DNA from: Methanothermococcus sp. Ax23 | Lineage (GTDB): Archaea; AGJL01; Methanococci; Methanococcales; Methanococcaceae | Length of the DNA: 64,000 nucleotides | Assembly (NCBI RefSeq): GCF_049075655.1 | Contig: NZ_CP157522.1 | Coordinates: forward strand, 704,001-768,000 | Reading direction: 5' to 3' | Part shown: piece after piece, positions 61,966-64,000 of the stretch | Layout of the letters: the number at the start of each line of letters is the position of its first letter | How positions within the stretch are numbered: position 1 is the first letter of the stretch | Made by a program: the position numbers and the translations under genes | Notes under the pieces: model-generated | Told to the model about the DNA's origin: nothing | Seen by the model: only the letters and a program-made list of their open reading frames with translations | Databases searched by the model: none

Positions 61966-63942
61966 TTATTCATTAACCATTTTATGGGCTTCTAACATTC
62001 CGTCTATTGCAGAGAGTATCTGTTCATCTCTGTAATATCTTAACTGCATAGCTCCACTTGGACATGCTCCTCCACATGCTCCGCATCCTTTACATGCAAT
62101 ATCATCTACGACTGCCACTACGTGACCGTCCTTTTCTTCGTAGGATATTGCTCTGTATGGACACATTGCACCACAAATTTCACATCCACCACATACGTCC
62201 TCATCTACGACTGCCCTTATCATCTCAATTTCAACCTGTCCCTGAGACATTGGAATTGCAACAGCACTTGCTGCACCTTTTGCCTGAGCTACTGTGTCAG
62301 GAATATCCTTAGGTCCCTGAGCTACACCTGCAATAGCTATACCATCAACTTTTGTATTAACTGGTGCTAATTTTGGGTGGAGCTCCTTGAAGAATCCTTC
62401 TGGACCTACATCAAGACCCATCAGCTTAGCCACATTTTTGGTGTCAGGTTTTGGCACAAGTCCTGCTGATAGAACGACTAAGTCCGCTTCAATTTCAAGG
62501 ATTTCTCCCATCAATGTGTCCTCAACCATGACTGTTAAGTTTTTGGTTTCTGGGTCTTCGCTGATACTTGCAGGTCTTCCTCTTATAAATTTAACTCCAA
62601 ACTGTTCCTGAGCTCTCTGGTAGTATTCTTGGTATCCCTTACCGAAGGACCTAATGTCCATGTAGCAGATATAAACTTCTGCGTTCGGGTCGTGCATTTT
62701 CATTAACTGAGCGTTTTTCAGTGCAAACATACAGCAAATTCTTGAACAGTAAGGATTTCCAACCTTTGCATCTCTGGAACCTACGCACTGTATAAATACA
62801 GTTCTGTGTGGATGCTTTCCATCACTTGGTCTTATTTCATGACCGCCAGTAGGTCCTGCTGGGTTAATCATCCTTTCTATTTCTAGTGTGGTGATGACAT
62901 TATCATATACTCCGTATCCGTATTCTTCCTTCAATGAAGCATCGAATTCGTCATAACCTGTTGCTGTAATTATTGTTCCTGCTTTTATTTTGATTTCCTG
63001 TGGCTTCTGGTTGTAGTCTATTGCATTAGGACCACATACTTTTGCACACAATCCACAGTCAATACAGTGTTCTTTATCTATTGTATATACCAGTGGAACA
63101 GCTTGTGGGAATGGCACATAAATTGCTTTTCTAGTACCTAATCCTAAGTCAAATTCATTAGGCACTTCAATAGGACAGACTGCGGCACATGCACCACATC
63201 CGGTACATGTGTTTTCATCCACATATCTTGCTTTTTTCTCAATTGTTACCTCAAAATTACCAATGTATCCAGAAATTTCTTTTACCTCAGCATAGGTAAT
63301 TGTTTCAATGTTAGGGTGGTTCGCTGCTGTAACCATTTTAGGTGCGAGAATTCACAGAGCACAATCATCGGTAGGGAAGGTCTTGGCGAGCTGTGCCATT
63401 CTTCCTCCGATAGATTCGTCTTTATCTACTAAATAAACTTTAAATCCTTGGTCTCCTAAGTCAAGAGCTGCCTGTATTCCAGCAATACCTGCTCCAATAA
63501 CGAGACAGCTTTTATCAACATCCACAACTTTCTGAGGAACATCCTCTAATCTCTTAGCTCTCTCTACCCCTCCGGCAACTAATTCCATAGCTTTTTTAGT
63601 TGCCGCCTCTACATCGCCCATATGGACGAATGAATCATGCTCTCTAATATTTACAAACTCTAAGTAATATGGGGATAAGCCTGCTTCTGCGAGACAATTT
63701 CTAAATGTTGGCTCGTGGATTTTTGGCGTACATGCTGCAACAACTACCCTATCCAATCCATGTTCTTTAATAGCGTCTTTAATTAAGTTCTGACCAGGGT
63801 CAGCACACATGAATGGATAGGTGGCAGTATATACTACACCATCAAGTTTAGAAGCAAATTCTTTTACTGCTTCACAATCCACAGCACCATTGATGTTGGC
63901 ACCGCAGTAGCAAACAAATACCCCAACTTTGGGGTCGCTCAT
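61966..63942 (-). CDS. hdrA: Heterodisulfide reductase subunit A, selenocysteine form (Sec UGA at 63352-63354)
   Basis: Two track ORFs in frame across TGA in TDDCAL-U-ILAPKM; GAGIAG FAD motif, CSRICC, ferredoxin motifs; SECIS downstream. Confidence 0.95.
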
Positions 63943-64000
63943 GTATTCACCTCCTGGTGTATGTCATTCATCAATATAATATGCGTATATAATTAATCCA

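Noticed and set aside
836-62611. Numerous antisense and alternative-frame ORFs in the track (e.g. 836-1135, 20222-20779, 30392-30895, 36862-37125)
   Set aside because: Shadows of well-supported genes or tRNAs; Ser/Phe/Ile-rich reverse-complement composition
55965-63942. hdrA and fwdB as pseudogenes split by stops
   Set aside because: Stops are in-frame TGA at conserved Cys positions with SECIS hairpins downstream, so they are selenocysteine codons

Overview
AT-rich (~30% GC) chromosomal segment of a selenocysteine-using Methanococcales methanogen (Methanothermococcus/Methanococcus-like). Most of it is core genome: the rpl22-secY ribosomal cluster, isoprenoid genes (fni-rnj-idsA), N-glycosylation (aglH-like, aglB), cofactor genes (cobS, comD/comE, mfnE, cfbC, cfbE), seven tRNAs, and an hdrA-vhuDGAUB-fwuB cluster with five in-frame UGA (Sec) codons and four archaeal SECIS hairpins. 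The main accessory feature is a ~6.7 kb polymorphic toxin-immunity array (45349-51907, minus strand) lying in an iron/corrinoid-type ABC transporter locus. A dockerin + substrate-binding-domain + pre-toxin carrier ends in an EndoU-like tip. It is followed by its immunity gene and three orphan toxin-tip/immunity cassettes (EndoU-like, BECR-like RNase, PD-(D/E)XK nuclease) that carry homology arms to the carrier. The array is bracketed by ~340-bp direct repeats. Also present are two non-autonomous TnpB-family elements that keep omega-RNA-like ends, a standalone Csa3-like CARF regulator, and strong over-representation of GAGCTC. All calls come from reading the sequence by eye. No database searches were run and motif counts are manual.
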